From contig OX597827.1 of the NCBI GenBank assembly GCA_951406725.2, forward strand, positions 40,424,001-40,488,000: a stretch of 64,000 nucleotides of DNA, read 5' to 3'. The notes below the pieces were generated by a model. It had not been told where the DNA came from and did not search any database. It was given only the letters and a program-made list of their open reading frames with translations. Shown piece by piece: positions 1-12,251 of the stretch. Source of the DNA: Octopus vulgaris. Lineage: Eukaryota. How positions within the stretch are numbered: position 1 is the stretch's first letter; the number at the start of each line of letters is the position of its first letter. Position numbers and translations under genes: made by a program.

Positions 1-166
1 CAAAAGGCAAAAAGTATTGGATTTAGTGCTCAGTGTGAGATTTTGTTGGTTGTCATTAAAAGGAAGAATAGTAGGCCATGACGTGAAGCAAGTACATATA
101 TACATACACATTTGTTTTTGTGTGTATATATATATATATATGCTCTCACACACACATATATGCATG

Positions 167-241
<75 letters not shown>

Positions 242-245
<4 letters not shown>

Positions 246-451
246 TGAAGTATATTTGCCTCTTAACTGTGGCTAACCCTTAAGGGTGGATGCTACTGTA
301 GCTTGTAGCCTCAGGAGGACACCTCCTCCAGTTGGCTATTGATACACTTTCTGTGCCCTATCAGTATTTGCAAAGGGAAGCCATCCTTTCGGGGCTTGAA
401 GCTACAATAGCATCCACCCTTAAGGGTTAAGTAGCAAATATACTTCACGAT
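242..451. mobile_element. Foldback/MITE-like element next to (TA)n
   Basis: Nested inverted repeats: ATCGTGAAGTATATTTGC / its reverse complement, and TAACCCTTAAGGGTGGATGCTA / its reverse complement. Confidence 0.7.
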
Positions 452-490
452 GTCGTGCAGCTACAGTTTATACCTCGTTCAGAGATTTAT

Positions 491-522
<32 letters not shown>

Positions 523-639
523 TTACTGACAAGAAAGTAAATTTCGAACTTAGTATAGCTGTAAAAATAGCAGAGAAAGATTGTGTATTTATCCTTCTTA
601 TAAGATGGAAAAAAAGTTGCTAATAATTACACATTATTT

Positions 640-1160
640 TCACAACTTTGAAACTGCTAGCATCCATTCTCCCTCTGGAATGAATACCCTTCAGTATACT
701 GAATAATATATAGCTAATACATACCCCTTTTTTTTTGGCTCTCACCAGAAGGTATCTTTATTCCATGCTCAACGCTGGATCTAGTAGCTTTCACTTTCAT
801 TTTCCCTCAATATGGAGTACTGCACGACAATTCTTTCCCTCTCCTTACCCTGCTGTACCACTTAACCACTCTGTCTGATCATGGATTTATACGATCCAAC
901 TGGATTTAATTGGACCTTCCTATCCTACTGAACATAATGAACCACAATAAGTATTAATAAGTATCTTCCACCGTCAAATCATATATTTCTCTGATGATGG
1001 GATGCCTGATTTGTAAATGCTCCTATAGCTGGGATATTCCAGAAACAGCTATCACAGACTATGAATTTGTACTATCATTACCATTCATTATGAAGTAAAA
1101 TTTTAAAAATTGCATTAAATGAAATCAAATGTCCTTGTTCTGCCTTGATTAATTGTTTGC
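640..1160 (+). mobile_element. Probable Penelope-like terminal remnant with type I hammerhead motif (991-1053)
   Basis: CTGATGA-TGGGATG...TATTCCA-GAAA-CAGCTA-TC. Element boundaries approximate. Confidence 0.5.
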
Positions 1161-1361
1161 CTTCCCTCACTACTTTAACCTATACCTGCTGACTCAAAGG
1201 GAAACCACCATTAGCCGTTTTTTTAGCAAGACAATCACACAACCACAACTTCAACCGCTGTTCTAACTGGAATTTTGGTGGTACACCTATTTGAGCACAT
1301 GGAACGCATACCTATTAGGTTGAGTCATCCTGACGAAAACTCCTCATATCCTGTATGTCAC

Positions 1362-1464
<103 letters not shown>

Positions 1465-1486
1465 GTCTGTCTGTCTGTCTGTCTTA

Positions 1487-1780
1487 GGGTAACATTAAGC
1501 TTCACCATGAGTTTGGTGAAAATCGATTGCAAGTTGCAAAAACTACAACGGAAAATGTGTTGCATATGAAAAGCTTAGATTCTCGACCCTACGTCGAATT
1601 TATCAATTTTTTTCAGAACTGGGGGAACTTTTCAAAATTTTCACTGCGTTAGTTTTGAATTATAACATTGGGCTATGTGTGTGTCAAGTTTCATCAGAAT
1701 CGGTTGAAAGCCGTGGTCAGGGTGAGGGTACAACCTGACAGACACACAGACAGACAAACTGCCTTTTATATATAGAGAGA
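1487..1780 (-). mobile_element. Truncated copy of the same Helitron-like element
   Basis: Closely matches 22356-22645. Confidence 0.75.
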
Positions 1781-1974
1781 TATAAATATATGTAAAACAT
1801 ATTATAGATGTTGTTTAGCCCCAGGCTGGTTCTCATCGAGTAGACCTATGGAAAAGGTGTCCCACATGTGGGCATCTGTCATTCTGTATATGAAAGGGTG
1901 CATTGTTCAATGTGTTCACTTTGTAAGATTGTAGCGTATGTGTGTAACTGGGGTGAGATTTGGCCCCTACTTAC

Positions 1975-2161
1975 TCTCTAATACTTTGTGCACGTTACTC
2001 TTCTTAAGCAGAGATGCCATAATGGAATATCTTGGAGTGCTGAGTATAGTGTTGTACAAGTTGTCTGAAGGAGGGAGCATTACATCGTTTATGACGTGAA
2101 AAATACCGTTAGTGGCTATGTTGTTGGTGTTTACTAGTTCACACCCTTCAATAGTGACAAC
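1975..2161 (-). CDS. FAS1 protein A, exon 3 (gene continues beyond left edge)
   Basis: Pyrimidine tract + TTGTAG|. VVTIEGCELVNTNNIATNGIFHVINDVMLPPSDNLY... (FAS1 H2, then start of next FAS1). Donor A|GTAAGT, 187 nt. Not in the ORF track. Confidence 0.9.
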
Positions 2162-2336
2162 CTACAAAAAGACAAAGAAACAAAAGAAAAACAAAAGAAA
2201 GAAGTATATAACACGAAGGGTAGCTATCGCAAACAAATCAAAATCTCGTGCAGATGTAAATCTTTAAAAAGGTTAATTTCTAAAGATGAGATTCATACTC
2301 TAAGAATGATAATCCCATTAGTGAATATACCAACAC

Positions 2337-2414
<78 letters not shown>

Positions 2415-2433
2415 ACTATTATTATTATTATTA

Positions 2434-2840
2434 GGCGCAGGAGTGGCTGTGTGGTAAGTAGCTTGCTAACCAACTACATGGTTCTGGGTTCAGTCCCACC
2501 GCGTGGCATCTTGGGCAAGTGTCTTCTGCTATAGCCTCGGGCCGACCAATGCCTTGTGAGTGGATTTGGTAGACGGAAACTGGAAGAAGCCCGTCGTATA
2601 TATGTATATATATGTATATATGTGTGTGCGTGTATGTTTGTGTTTGTCCCCCTAGCATTGCTTGACAACCGATACTGGTGTATTTATGTCCCCGTCACTT
2701 AGCGGTTCGGCAAAAAGAGACCGATAGAATAAGTACTGGGCTTACAAAGAATAAGTCCCGGGGTCGAGTTGCTCGATTAAAGGCGGTGCTCCAGCATGGC
2801 CGCAGTCAAATGACTGAAACAAGTAAAAGAGTAAAAGAGT
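2434..2840 (+). mobile_element. SINE family A (tRNA head, CORE-like CCTTGGGCAAGT, internal microsatellite, CR1-type tail)
   Basis: Other copies: 12580-12840(+), 13218-13615(-), 24555-25040(+), 28980-29435(+), 32617-33012(+), 35823-36210(-), 36703-37120(-), 41480-41950(+), 41958-42250(+), 51583-51995(+), plus fragments. Confidence 0.9.
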
Positions 2841-3872
2841 ATTATAATGGCTTCTGATCTAAACTGATTGAAAGTGTTATCCTGTACATTGTTTTGTCTT
2901 GGTATAAAAGATGGGCTACAGCAAATATTCTTCTCAATATCATAAATTTGCTTGTCAGTTGCATGACTTTAACCAGTTAAGCATGTCCCTTAGTGACTGA
3001 TGACATGTGTACTTCTGACCACGAGCAGTAGTGGGGGAGCATCTTAGCCATGTGTTGAGAGGAATTCTTTGGGGTTTGAATAATTCACCTCTGGAAACAT
3101 GGCTTTTTTGTTCAACATCCTTAAACCTTATTCAGGGACCTTTTGAGTGGGATGGGCTACTCGACCTGAAGAAAATTCTAACCCCACCTGCAAGGTCATG
3201 CGCTATTTATCGTGATATGAGATCACCATGTCGCGCACATATGGTTGTGATGCATGTGTTTAGTGTACCCTTATCAGACGGGTAGTCATGATGTATATTG
3301 GGCTTCGTGTATTTGTACCCTAGTTAGTAGTAACCTGCTAACCACATAAATTCCGACAGGAATAACAAACCTTAGTCAAGTCAATAATAATATTAATAAT
3401 AATAATAATGATTATCAGGAAAAACTACTGAAAACTTGTGGACACCTAAGGTTACAGGTAGTAACCCGCTACTCACATAAATTCTACCAGGAATAAGACA
3501 TTTTCTAACATTTGGCTCAATGTCACAAATTTTAATGGTGTGAATAGTCGATTCTATGTTCTAACTACCTGACTGGTACTTGTGTTATGGAATCCTGAAG
3601 GCTAAGTCGATATTTTATTTGAGTTTTGAGTTCAGAAGGTTATGAAAGAACTAAATACCGAAACAAAATTTCGTTGGTACTCTTCTGACAATTCACTAAT
3701 TATAATATAAACCAGTTTTAAATCGCTTCAAGGTATACTTGATTTTAATCGAAAATACTAGGGTGCGACATATCTGGGGCAACGCTAAAGCTACGAATAT
3801 AGATTTTAAAAATTCTAAATTAACACTTTTACAAGAGTAAATACAGTAAATAGGGGAAATATATATGCTTAC

Positions 3873-4090
3873 CTGATTCGCTCGGTAAACGTTCACGCGG
3901 ATCTTCACCCCAGAGAGGGAGGTTAATTCCAAATCATTTTTCTGAAGGTCTTCGTACATGAATTTACCTTGTACAACATGGTATTTGAGAAAAGCTTCTA
4001 GCCCAGCGCTATTATTTCTCAGCATATTAAGAAAGAAAGGGCCCATGTCGGTAAAGGCCCGCTCGGTCGGTGCAAAGACAGTCCATTCTC
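3873..4090 (-). CDS. FAS1 protein A, exon 2
   Basis: Acceptor TTAAAG|GA. GEWTVFAPTERAF (FAS1 H1) and LKYHVV (YH motif). Donor CAG|GTAAGC, 218 nt, phase 1->0, in frame with exon 1. Confidence 0.93.
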
Positions 4091-4112
4091 CTTTAACGAA
4101 TATGGTAAGAAT

Positions 4113-4149
<37 letters not shown>

Positions 4150-4153
<4 letters not shown>

Positions 4154-4325
4154 CAAGCTTACAGAAAACAAAAGACGAAGACAGGTGAGGAAACAACAAG
4201 CAGATGTATTAGTTTGACGGTCGGGAAGAATGGAAAAGTCTTTGACGTTTCGAGCCTACGCTCTTCGACAGAAAGCTTTGAGAGAAAAAATGGAGAGAGA
4301 AAAATGTTGGGATTAACGATTCAAC
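4150..4325 (-). mobile_element. Non-autonomous PLE-like repeat carrying a minimal hammerhead (also 18368-18545, 19145-19307, 51126-51320)
   Basis: Four alignable copies, each next to (TA)n or (TATC)n. Minus-strand CTTT-CTGTNGA-..GAGC/GCTC-GAAA-CG-TH-AAAG. Confidence 0.65.
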
Positions 4326-4382
<57 letters not shown>

Positions 4383-4447
4383 GAATAAATCCAAATTTAC
4401 AGGGAAAAATCAGATTTAGGATTGAATCCAATTTTATAGTAAAATAT

Positions 4448-4641
4448 TATATTATATTAATTAGAGACAAAACCACTATTATGCAAATCAAACAAAGAAA
4501 GACTTAAGCCAATACATAAAAAATTTTATATAAATTAAATATATTTAAATTTAATTATATTTAATTTATATAAAATTTTTTATGTATTGGCTTAAGTCTT
4601 TCTTTGTTTGATTTGCATAATAGTGGTTTTGTCTCTAATTA

Positions 4642-4651
<10 letters not shown>
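4448..4651. repeat. Perfect long inverted repeat (~95-bp arms)
   Basis: TATTAATTAGAGACAAAACCACTATTATGCAAATC... and its exact reverse complement, ~12-nt spacer. Confidence 0.9.
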
Positions 4652-4689
<38 letters not shown>

Positions 4690-6659
4690 CACACACATAT
4701 GTTTATACACACACACACACATACACTTACAACCACATTTTCATACATATGTGCACATTATCAGTTTTATTCACCCACAGCAGTGGATGAATTATTTTAG
4801 TTACAAGTGAACATTTCTAGGCTTCATTACTAATTCGGTTCTCAGCCAAATTGAATGCGTTTTTTTTTTTTTTAGTAATAATGGTCCAGTCCTAAGCTAC
4901 ATTTTGAGATAAAATTATAGAAATTTTGTTCATTAAAAACATAGAAGTGTGAGGCAGAAAATTGATTTTGAATCAAAGTATCTCAGTTATTTTAAAAGAA
5001 AAATACAGGTAATTGATTTCAAAAGAATGTGCTCACTGAGAAGAATCTATTGGTGAAATTTTCGTTAAACATTATTTGTTAGGAAAAAAGTAGTGTGGTT
5101 TTATTTGACGAAAAATATGTAAATAACCTCCAAAACTTACTTTGAATCAAAATATCTCAGTTCTTACAAAAAACAAACAAACACTATACAATAGTTGTGT
5201 TCAAATAAAAGAGCTCTATGAGATGATTCTTATGGCGAAAAGCTCGTCTAAAAATAGCTACAAAAAAGTGGTGTGGCTTTAAGTGACAGAAAAAAAGGTG
5301 ATCATTTCGACAAATTAAAATATGTGTCATTTTAGGATACTAGCCTCTTTTTCCTCCTTTTTTAAGTGATTTAGCCAATCTTCTACACAGTTTTTACAGC
5401 GTTCAAAATTCGCTTCAAATGAAAGAGAAGAATCTTATGGTGAAAATCCTGTCAAAAAATATTTGCTACAAAAAAAGTTGTGTGGCTTAAAGTAACGATA
5501 AAAAGGTGATGATTTTAAGAAATCAAAATATTTTTATCTTTATATGAAAAAAAAAAAAATGATATTATTTGAAATCAAAAGAAAGAGTTTATCGAAATGA
5601 CTGTTTTGAAGAAAACCCCGTCTAAAAATATTAGGCATAAAAAATCATTTTTTGCGATTTCATGTTATTTTTTATTAATCTATTTATTAAAATGTGTACA
5701 TATTAAAAACATATTAAAATAAAAAAATTCGCTCATTAAAAAAACTAATTATCAATTATCTAATTAGGATGTAACATTATTTTATAATAAAAATTGTTAA
5801 AAAAATTTATTCATTTGTAACAGATATACAGCTATTAATGCTTTGTTATTTTCAGGTGCAAACAAAATTTCTAAGTTTGAACAAAATTTGTATTTTAAAA
5901 AATTTACAGTAGTATCATTTTTTCAAATTATAAAGGTAAATATAATTAATTTTAGTGATAGGAACGTTGCCTGGTATAAAGAGGATTAGAATGATAAATG
6001 CGGGTGCAGTATCCCAGAATATCCCTAGGTATTGAACCTGGAAAAGTACAGAATAAGCAGTAATTAAGCCTGAGGAAGAGAAGAAAACTTAAAATATTGC
6101 TGCTGTTGTTAAAATTTGCTAAATGAATTTCTGAAATTGTACAACAAATAGCGTTTGTACTGTTTTGTTTTTAATAATTTTTTGCTTTTTATTGCAAATT
6201 TTTAGAATTTAAGTTAATATTTTTGATTAAAACGTTTTCTGTATTAAGCTAAAACATTTCTGTTTTATTTTTAATACTATATTATGTTTTGAATTTTATT
6301 TTCTTAACAAAACTCATTATCCAATAGATTTTAAATAACAAGTATTATGTTATAAAATCAAACTTATGTAGAATACATGTAATTCAAAAGAGCAAAAAAT
6401 AGTAAAAGATATTTTTAAAAGAAACAGAATTAATTTCTTTTAAGTTTGCATTATCATGTAACAAAGTATTTTCTATTTACGGTTAAAAAATTATTTAAAA
6501 AAAATTAAAGTTAGTAAACAAATTGAATGCAAAATGTTGAAATGACTCTCTAGCTTTTCTTAAAAACAGTTAGGAGTTACAATTGTCAGTTTTGCTTAAA
6601 ACTGCTATTATATGATTGTTTAAATATATATATTCTTTCCCCTAAAAAAGATTTACTAT

Positions 6660-7015
6660 TGGTGTCTAAGAATATGAGAAACAATCAGGAGACCCATACC
6701 AACAATAAAGTCGAAAAAGTATATACAGTTATAGAGGTCAGCTATCCTGCTGATGTGAATATTTCTTTGAAATTCAAAATAAAAGAGGTTAACGAGGGAC
6801 AACTACACCGGAACCTCTATCTAAACCCAAATTATAAATTCACGTTTATACCAAGAATAATTGGTATATCTAGTTTTGTGAGTGAATAATTAGGTGTCGC
6901 ATGCGTTGAGATTTTAAGACAAAGAAATCAACCAGCTAACTCATACATTACAAATACAATCTGTAAGTGGAAGAGTAAAAATATGAAAAACTTTTCTCAA
7001 ATTTATAATGTGATT
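6660..7015 (+). mobile_element. Degenerate RLE-type (R4/NeSL-like) non-LTR C-terminal fragment
   Basis: TVIEVSYPADVNI...YKFTFIPRIIG resembles the PD-(D/E)xK restriction-like endonuclease region. Contains stops. Confidence 0.65.
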
Positions 7016-7159
7016 TTGTTTTTGTAGAGATTTGTATCTTTGTTAGAAGAAGAAGATTTCCTTAGAAGAAGACTTCATATGATTAAAAACAGAAAAATGC
7101 ATACATACATATGTATGTATGTACGCATGTATATATATATATATATATATGTATGCATG

Positions 7160-7223
<64 letters not shown>

Positions 7224-7548
7224 GATATACACATAAATATATATTAAATATATATATATATATAAAATTATATTATATATATATATATATATATATATTA
7301 AATGTACATACAGCACCAGGAGAGAAGACAAAAGGACAAAATAAGTTTATTTTGTCCTTTTGTCCTCACTTCTGGTGCTGTATGAACATTTAATGTGATT
7401 TTAGAGTCAAGATTTGGCTGATATTTCCAGCGTGGAGGTATCTTTTAGATACCCTAAATTATAATTTTGATAATAATTATTACTTTGAAGGTTTTTATTC
7501 CCATGCTGGCCACTTGATAAGATCGATATTTAGATTAACGATCTTATC

Positions 7549-7598
<50 letters not shown>

Positions 7599-8190
7599 GT
7601 ATGTCAGGGCGTTACTGGTAACATGTAAGCCAGTACAAACTGTTGCATGGTCAGGTGATAAAATGTGTACAATAATGAACAATAACAATTTATTGGCATC
7701 GAATGTTACACACTATTCACATATAGAAATTACGAAGAAATTCGATAAGTTGATGGTTTCAATACACAGTTAGCAGTTAGCAAGCAGAGCTGCTACAAAT
7801 GCGAATATAAATCCAAATTGAGAAAGTGGGACGGGTAAAATGCAGGCTACATATGTTTCTTAACTAGCTGATCCTCTTATGAATTACTTACTCAATAAGG
7901 GGTCCTCAACTTAGTTAATCATCAGGCCGAGATTTCCTTAATTAAATGAAGTTTAAATTGTCGCTTGGAATTTCCAAGTTAACTCATTGCAGATGTGAAT
8001 TGAACTGAATAGAGAAGTCACGAATACAGAATAAAAAAAAAAAGGTCAAGAAGTGTGTAACGGGAAAGGATGGAGTCAAATATGTCGGAGGGTGAGTCAT
8101 ATAGAGTCGAAGGGAATGAAGAAAAAGAGAGAGGAGGAAGAAAGAGTGGTGTATATATATATATGTATATACCGTGTGTAAAATGCATAC

Positions 8191-8347
8191 CTGATTCGTT
8201 AAATTTGTGAGCTATGCCAGCTCTTTCACCCAGTTCCAACATGGTGTTGAAGCCATATTTCTTTGCGACTTCTACCAAAGTTAAATTGTGTTTACTGTAT
8301 GCGGAAGCACCAACCACACAGAGAACAATTAAGAAAAGAGCTTTCAT
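8191..8347 (-). CDS. Fasciclin (FAS1)/TGFBI-periostin-like secreted protein A, coding exon 1 (signal peptide + start of FAS1-1)
   Basis: ATG at 8347, MKALFLIVLCVVGASA signal peptide, then NLTLVEVAKKYGFNTMLELGERAGI. Donor CAG|GTATGC, 157 nt, phase 1. Confidence 0.88.
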
Positions 8348-8989
8348 CTTGTATTGCCGTTCTGTCTTGTACCTTGCTAAAATATGTCTTTAATCGAAAT
8401 TTATATGCGATTTGCATGTAAGTATAAGTGAATTTGTGTGGGTGTTAGAGTTTGTATATATACGTGTATCTATACATTTGTGTTGGTTTGGGTATAGATG
8501 TGTGAGGGGGTATGTATGTGTTAGTATGACGGATGTATCACTAGTGATAAGATATGTGATTACGAGACGTAAGAGCCGAAACAGCAGCATATACTTTTGT
8601 GTTCCCACCGCTTCCTCTCCTTCTCTTCGCACCACCACCACCACTATATGCTGTCGGCTCGGTATTGTTCATTGTATGTGGATCTAGTCAATAATTGCTT
8701 ACAACTTTCCCCTTAACAAAGACTTCATCAACTATACAAGCGAACAAGGAACATTATACCTAGCCCATTTCCCTGTCTAATATAGTAACCAATTTTCTCT
8801 CTCAATCTATCCTTGTGTGATTGATATAGGGAGCGCACCATCAAGCAAGGTAGTTTCCTTTTTATTTATTTATCAGTGAAGAAGGAATGACTGTGTTCGT
8901 GGCCTTGTAAATTTCCCGGAGACTCGATTCTCAATTTTGCAACAGAGTGGACTTGTTGAACTCGCACAAGGACCTGGTGTGACATTGAA

Positions 8990-9585
8990 TCAGGCGACGG
9001 ATTAAGTCATATTCAGCAGAATTTGAATTCAGAAGCAGAGAGCCAGGATGAACACTGCAAACGATCTCAGATTTCCGGCGGCCCGCCACCCAAGACTGGT
9101 ACTTTGCTTATCGACCCTGATCGGAGGAATAGCAAAGTGTACCTCGGCAGAATCTAAATTCAGGACATAAGGAGCCGAATAAATATCGCAAAGCATCCTG
9201 TCCAACGATCTAACGATTCCGCCGACCTACTAGTGGTACTTTGCTTATCGACCCTGATCGGAGGAACAGCAAAGTGTACCACAGCAGAATCTAAATTCAG
9301 GACATAAAGAACCGAATAAATATCGCAAAGCATCCCGTCCAACGATCTAACGCTTCCGCCGACCTACTTTCTGTATCGATCTTGGATGGATGGAGCACAA
9401 AGCTGATATCTTAAGGATTTTAACGCAAGGGAGCGAATAAATACCGCTCTTCTGGTACTTTGTTTTCTTAAACCCAGACAGATCGGGTGGGGGGAAACCT
9501 CGGTAGGATTTGAAAACAGTGCGTAAGAGGCCGAGATAAATATCGCAAAGCATTCCGCCCAACGATCTCACGACTCTGCTAATTC
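8990..9585 (-). repeat. Tandem array of diverged SINE-B 5' halves (~135-bp period)
   Basis: Repeated TGGTACTTTGCTTATCGACCC...AAATATCGCAAAGCAT...AACGATCTAACG. Confidence 0.75.
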
Positions 9586-9883
9586 ACTTGTACGTTGTTT
9601 CTTGAAGCTAATATATCAATAATTGTCTCTCAGCAATTATCCTTTTGGGATTGTAGCAGAGACCACACAATCCAGCAAGAGAAAATTTACAAAGTCCTCT
9701 TGAACCGATCAACCAAAGACAACTGAGGCCTTCCTTGACATTCTACTATGATAGGTTACGGGCTGGTAGGATTGGTTGAGCATCGGGTGAGACATGAGGC
9801 GTTATTTAGTTGTGTTCAATTGGTTCCTAAGTTTGAATCACATCGAAATATACATTGCTTTTAATCCTTAAACAACTGGTAAA

Positions 9884-9979
9884 ATAAGCACCAGAGAAGA
9901 GCTGATATCAATGTGATAAGCACCAGTGAAGAGCTGATATCAATGTGATAAGCACCAGTGAAGAGCTGATATCAATGTG
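9884..9979. repeat. 3 x 32-bp tandem repeat
   Basis: ATAAGCACCAGWGAAGAGCTGATATCAATGTG x3. Confidence 0.9.
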
Positions 9980-10408
9980 ATCGATTATACCCTTCACTCC
10001 AAAATTTACAGCCTTGTGCTGTTCTTAGAAATCTATGAAATATGTGCTTGTGTGCAGGTGTGTGTAACAGATTTGTTGAAGTAATTTTCGCGGTTACATT
10101 GATCCGGTCAAACTACTTGGAAGATAAAGCTGTTTGTGTTTCCCGTTACGTTCCGCTTGAATTTACGTCATCGTTACGCTGTCTTTATTCTTTCGATGTC
10201 AATCCTTTCAAGAAAACGTAAGTGTTAGCTTTATTCAAGTAACACAACAGAAACAATAATGGTCTCGGTATGTAACTTCAATTATACACTGAAAAGAAAT
10301 ATCATGTTTGTTCTAACGAACAAAAATCCTCATTCTCAAAGGCATCATACTCCAGCAGAAAGAAAATTAAAACAGCTATGCCATTACTATCTATCTATCT
10401 ATCTATCT

Positions 10409-11844
10409 GAGGTGGCGAACACGTACATCGCGTCCGTCATCTACTACCGCCTGACCGTCGTACCTTGTCCCGACCCTACCATCACCAAACTACAACGCAT
10501 CCTCTTTCGCTTCTTGTGGAAAGGATGCATCCCGATGGTCAGGCGATCCATTTGCTGTCAACACCCGTTAAAAGGAGGGCTGGGCATGCCGTGGTTGATG
10601 ATGCGCAGACACGCGCTGAGACTGCGACATCTCTGGCTCTATGTAGACGACGGTGAACAGGTGTGGTCGCCGTTTGTGAGGCACGCTTTCCCGCAGCTCG
10701 TCTCCATGACCGAACTGCAGTCGTGGATCAAAAAGAGGCCGAGGAAGGGCGAATGGCACCGCGAGTGTCGCGTTGCTCTCAAGCAACTCTGCCGTCATGG
10801 GTCGACCTTAAGTGACTTCAACACAACCAAAGCATTCTATAGGGGTTTAGTGGAGGGGAGGTACGACGACGAGCTCGAGGCGAACCTGGACGTAGACGAG
10901 GAGTACCTGACCCGCCTGTTCAGGACGACTTTCGGGCCAGGGCCCATGGACAACTTCCAGAGATCCCTGGCCTGGCAGTGCTACCGAGAAGCGCTACCCG
11001 TTCGGGATAAGCTCTACAGACACGGCTCGAGAAACACGGGGCCGACCTGCCCGAGATGCGGTCAGAGCGACGAAACCGTTCTGCACGCACTCGTTCAGTG
11101 TCCAACAATTTCCGACCTGTGGGCTTATGTCGAACAACTGCTGTCACGTGTGGGACGAGTCGGTTTATCAGCTGAGTCTATCGTCAATATTGTCACGCCT
11201 CCTTCCTTCAAACGGGAAGGAAGAGCTATTTTCATCATCCTTGTGGCTATGGCGAAAGAATGTATCTGGTGGACGCGTCTGAAAGGATTGGAGACAAACA
11301 CTTTCCTCTCTGGTCAATCTCTCATCAACTTCTTCAAGTACCACTTGAAAAGGAAAGTGAGAGTAGAGAGGCAAGTTTTGTCTAGCGAATGTTTTAAAAA
11401 AGATGGGTGAATGTAGCAAGAATGGCACGTATGAATGACGAAGCCACCTTGAGCATAGTCCTATGAACCCAGAAATCGAAAACAGAGAGTTGCTTATTTG
11501 CAAAAAAAAAAAAAAAAAAAAAGAAATATAAAATGTGACTTCATTGACCGAGGTTACCGTGGTCTTTTCCGTAGGCTTTTCTTTCCACGGGTAAACCTCA
11601 CCTGTCCTCCCCTTTACACTTCATATTGACATTTCTGTGATAACGATCCCTATTGATCAATTTTTTTTCCTCTCCCCCTTTTTTTAACCCCCCTTTTTTT
11701 TGTCCTCTTTCTCTCCTTTTACGATCCCTTTTGATCGAAACTCCCCCTTCCTTTTTTTTTTTTTTTTTTAAACCTTCAAAAGAAAAGCTCTACCTTGTAA
11801 TTTGTTCTATCTGTGTGCAGCCCTGTGTGGCTAATAAAGAAACA

Positions 11845-11845
<1 letters not shown>
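10409..11845 (+). mobile_element. 5'-truncated L1/Tx1-clade non-LTR retrotransposon in a (TATC)n tract
   Basis: ORF2 C-terminus (FRFLWKG, KGGLGMP, zf-RVT CPRC..ETVLHALVQCP), T-rich 3' UTR ending AATAAAGAAAC, (TATC)n on both sides. Confidence 0.9.
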
Positions 11846-11881
<36 letters not shown>

Positions 11882-11884
11882 GAC

Positions 11885-11928
<44 letters not shown>

Positions 11929-12015
11929 CATCCATCCACCCCTCCATCCATCCATCCGTTCGTTCGTCCGCCTGTCTGTCGATCCTTAATTATCTACCTA
12001 TCTGCCTCCCTGTAC

Positions 12016-12089
<74 letters not shown>

Positions 12090-12251
12090 GGCGAGCTGGC
12101 AGAAACGTTAGCACGTCGGGTGAAATGCTTAGCGGTATTTTGTCTGCCGTTACGTTGTGAGTTCAAATTCCGCCGAGGTCGACTTTGCCTTTCATCCTTT
12201 CGGGTCCTTGTTTGTTCCCTCTATGTTTAGCCCCTTGTGGGTAATAAAGAA

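Noticed and set aside
2431-2668. Recurring ORFs such as RRASFSFRLPNPLTRLWSARGYSRRHLPK
   Set aside because: Antisense translation of SINE family A.
9884-9979. 32-bp direct repeats resembling a CRISPR array
   Set aside because: No spacers, eukaryotic context. Simple tandem duplication within a decayed SINE.
10259-10408. N-terminus of the 383-aa ORF
   Set aside because: Flanking DNA and (TATC)n that happen to be in frame with the truncated Tx1 ORF2.
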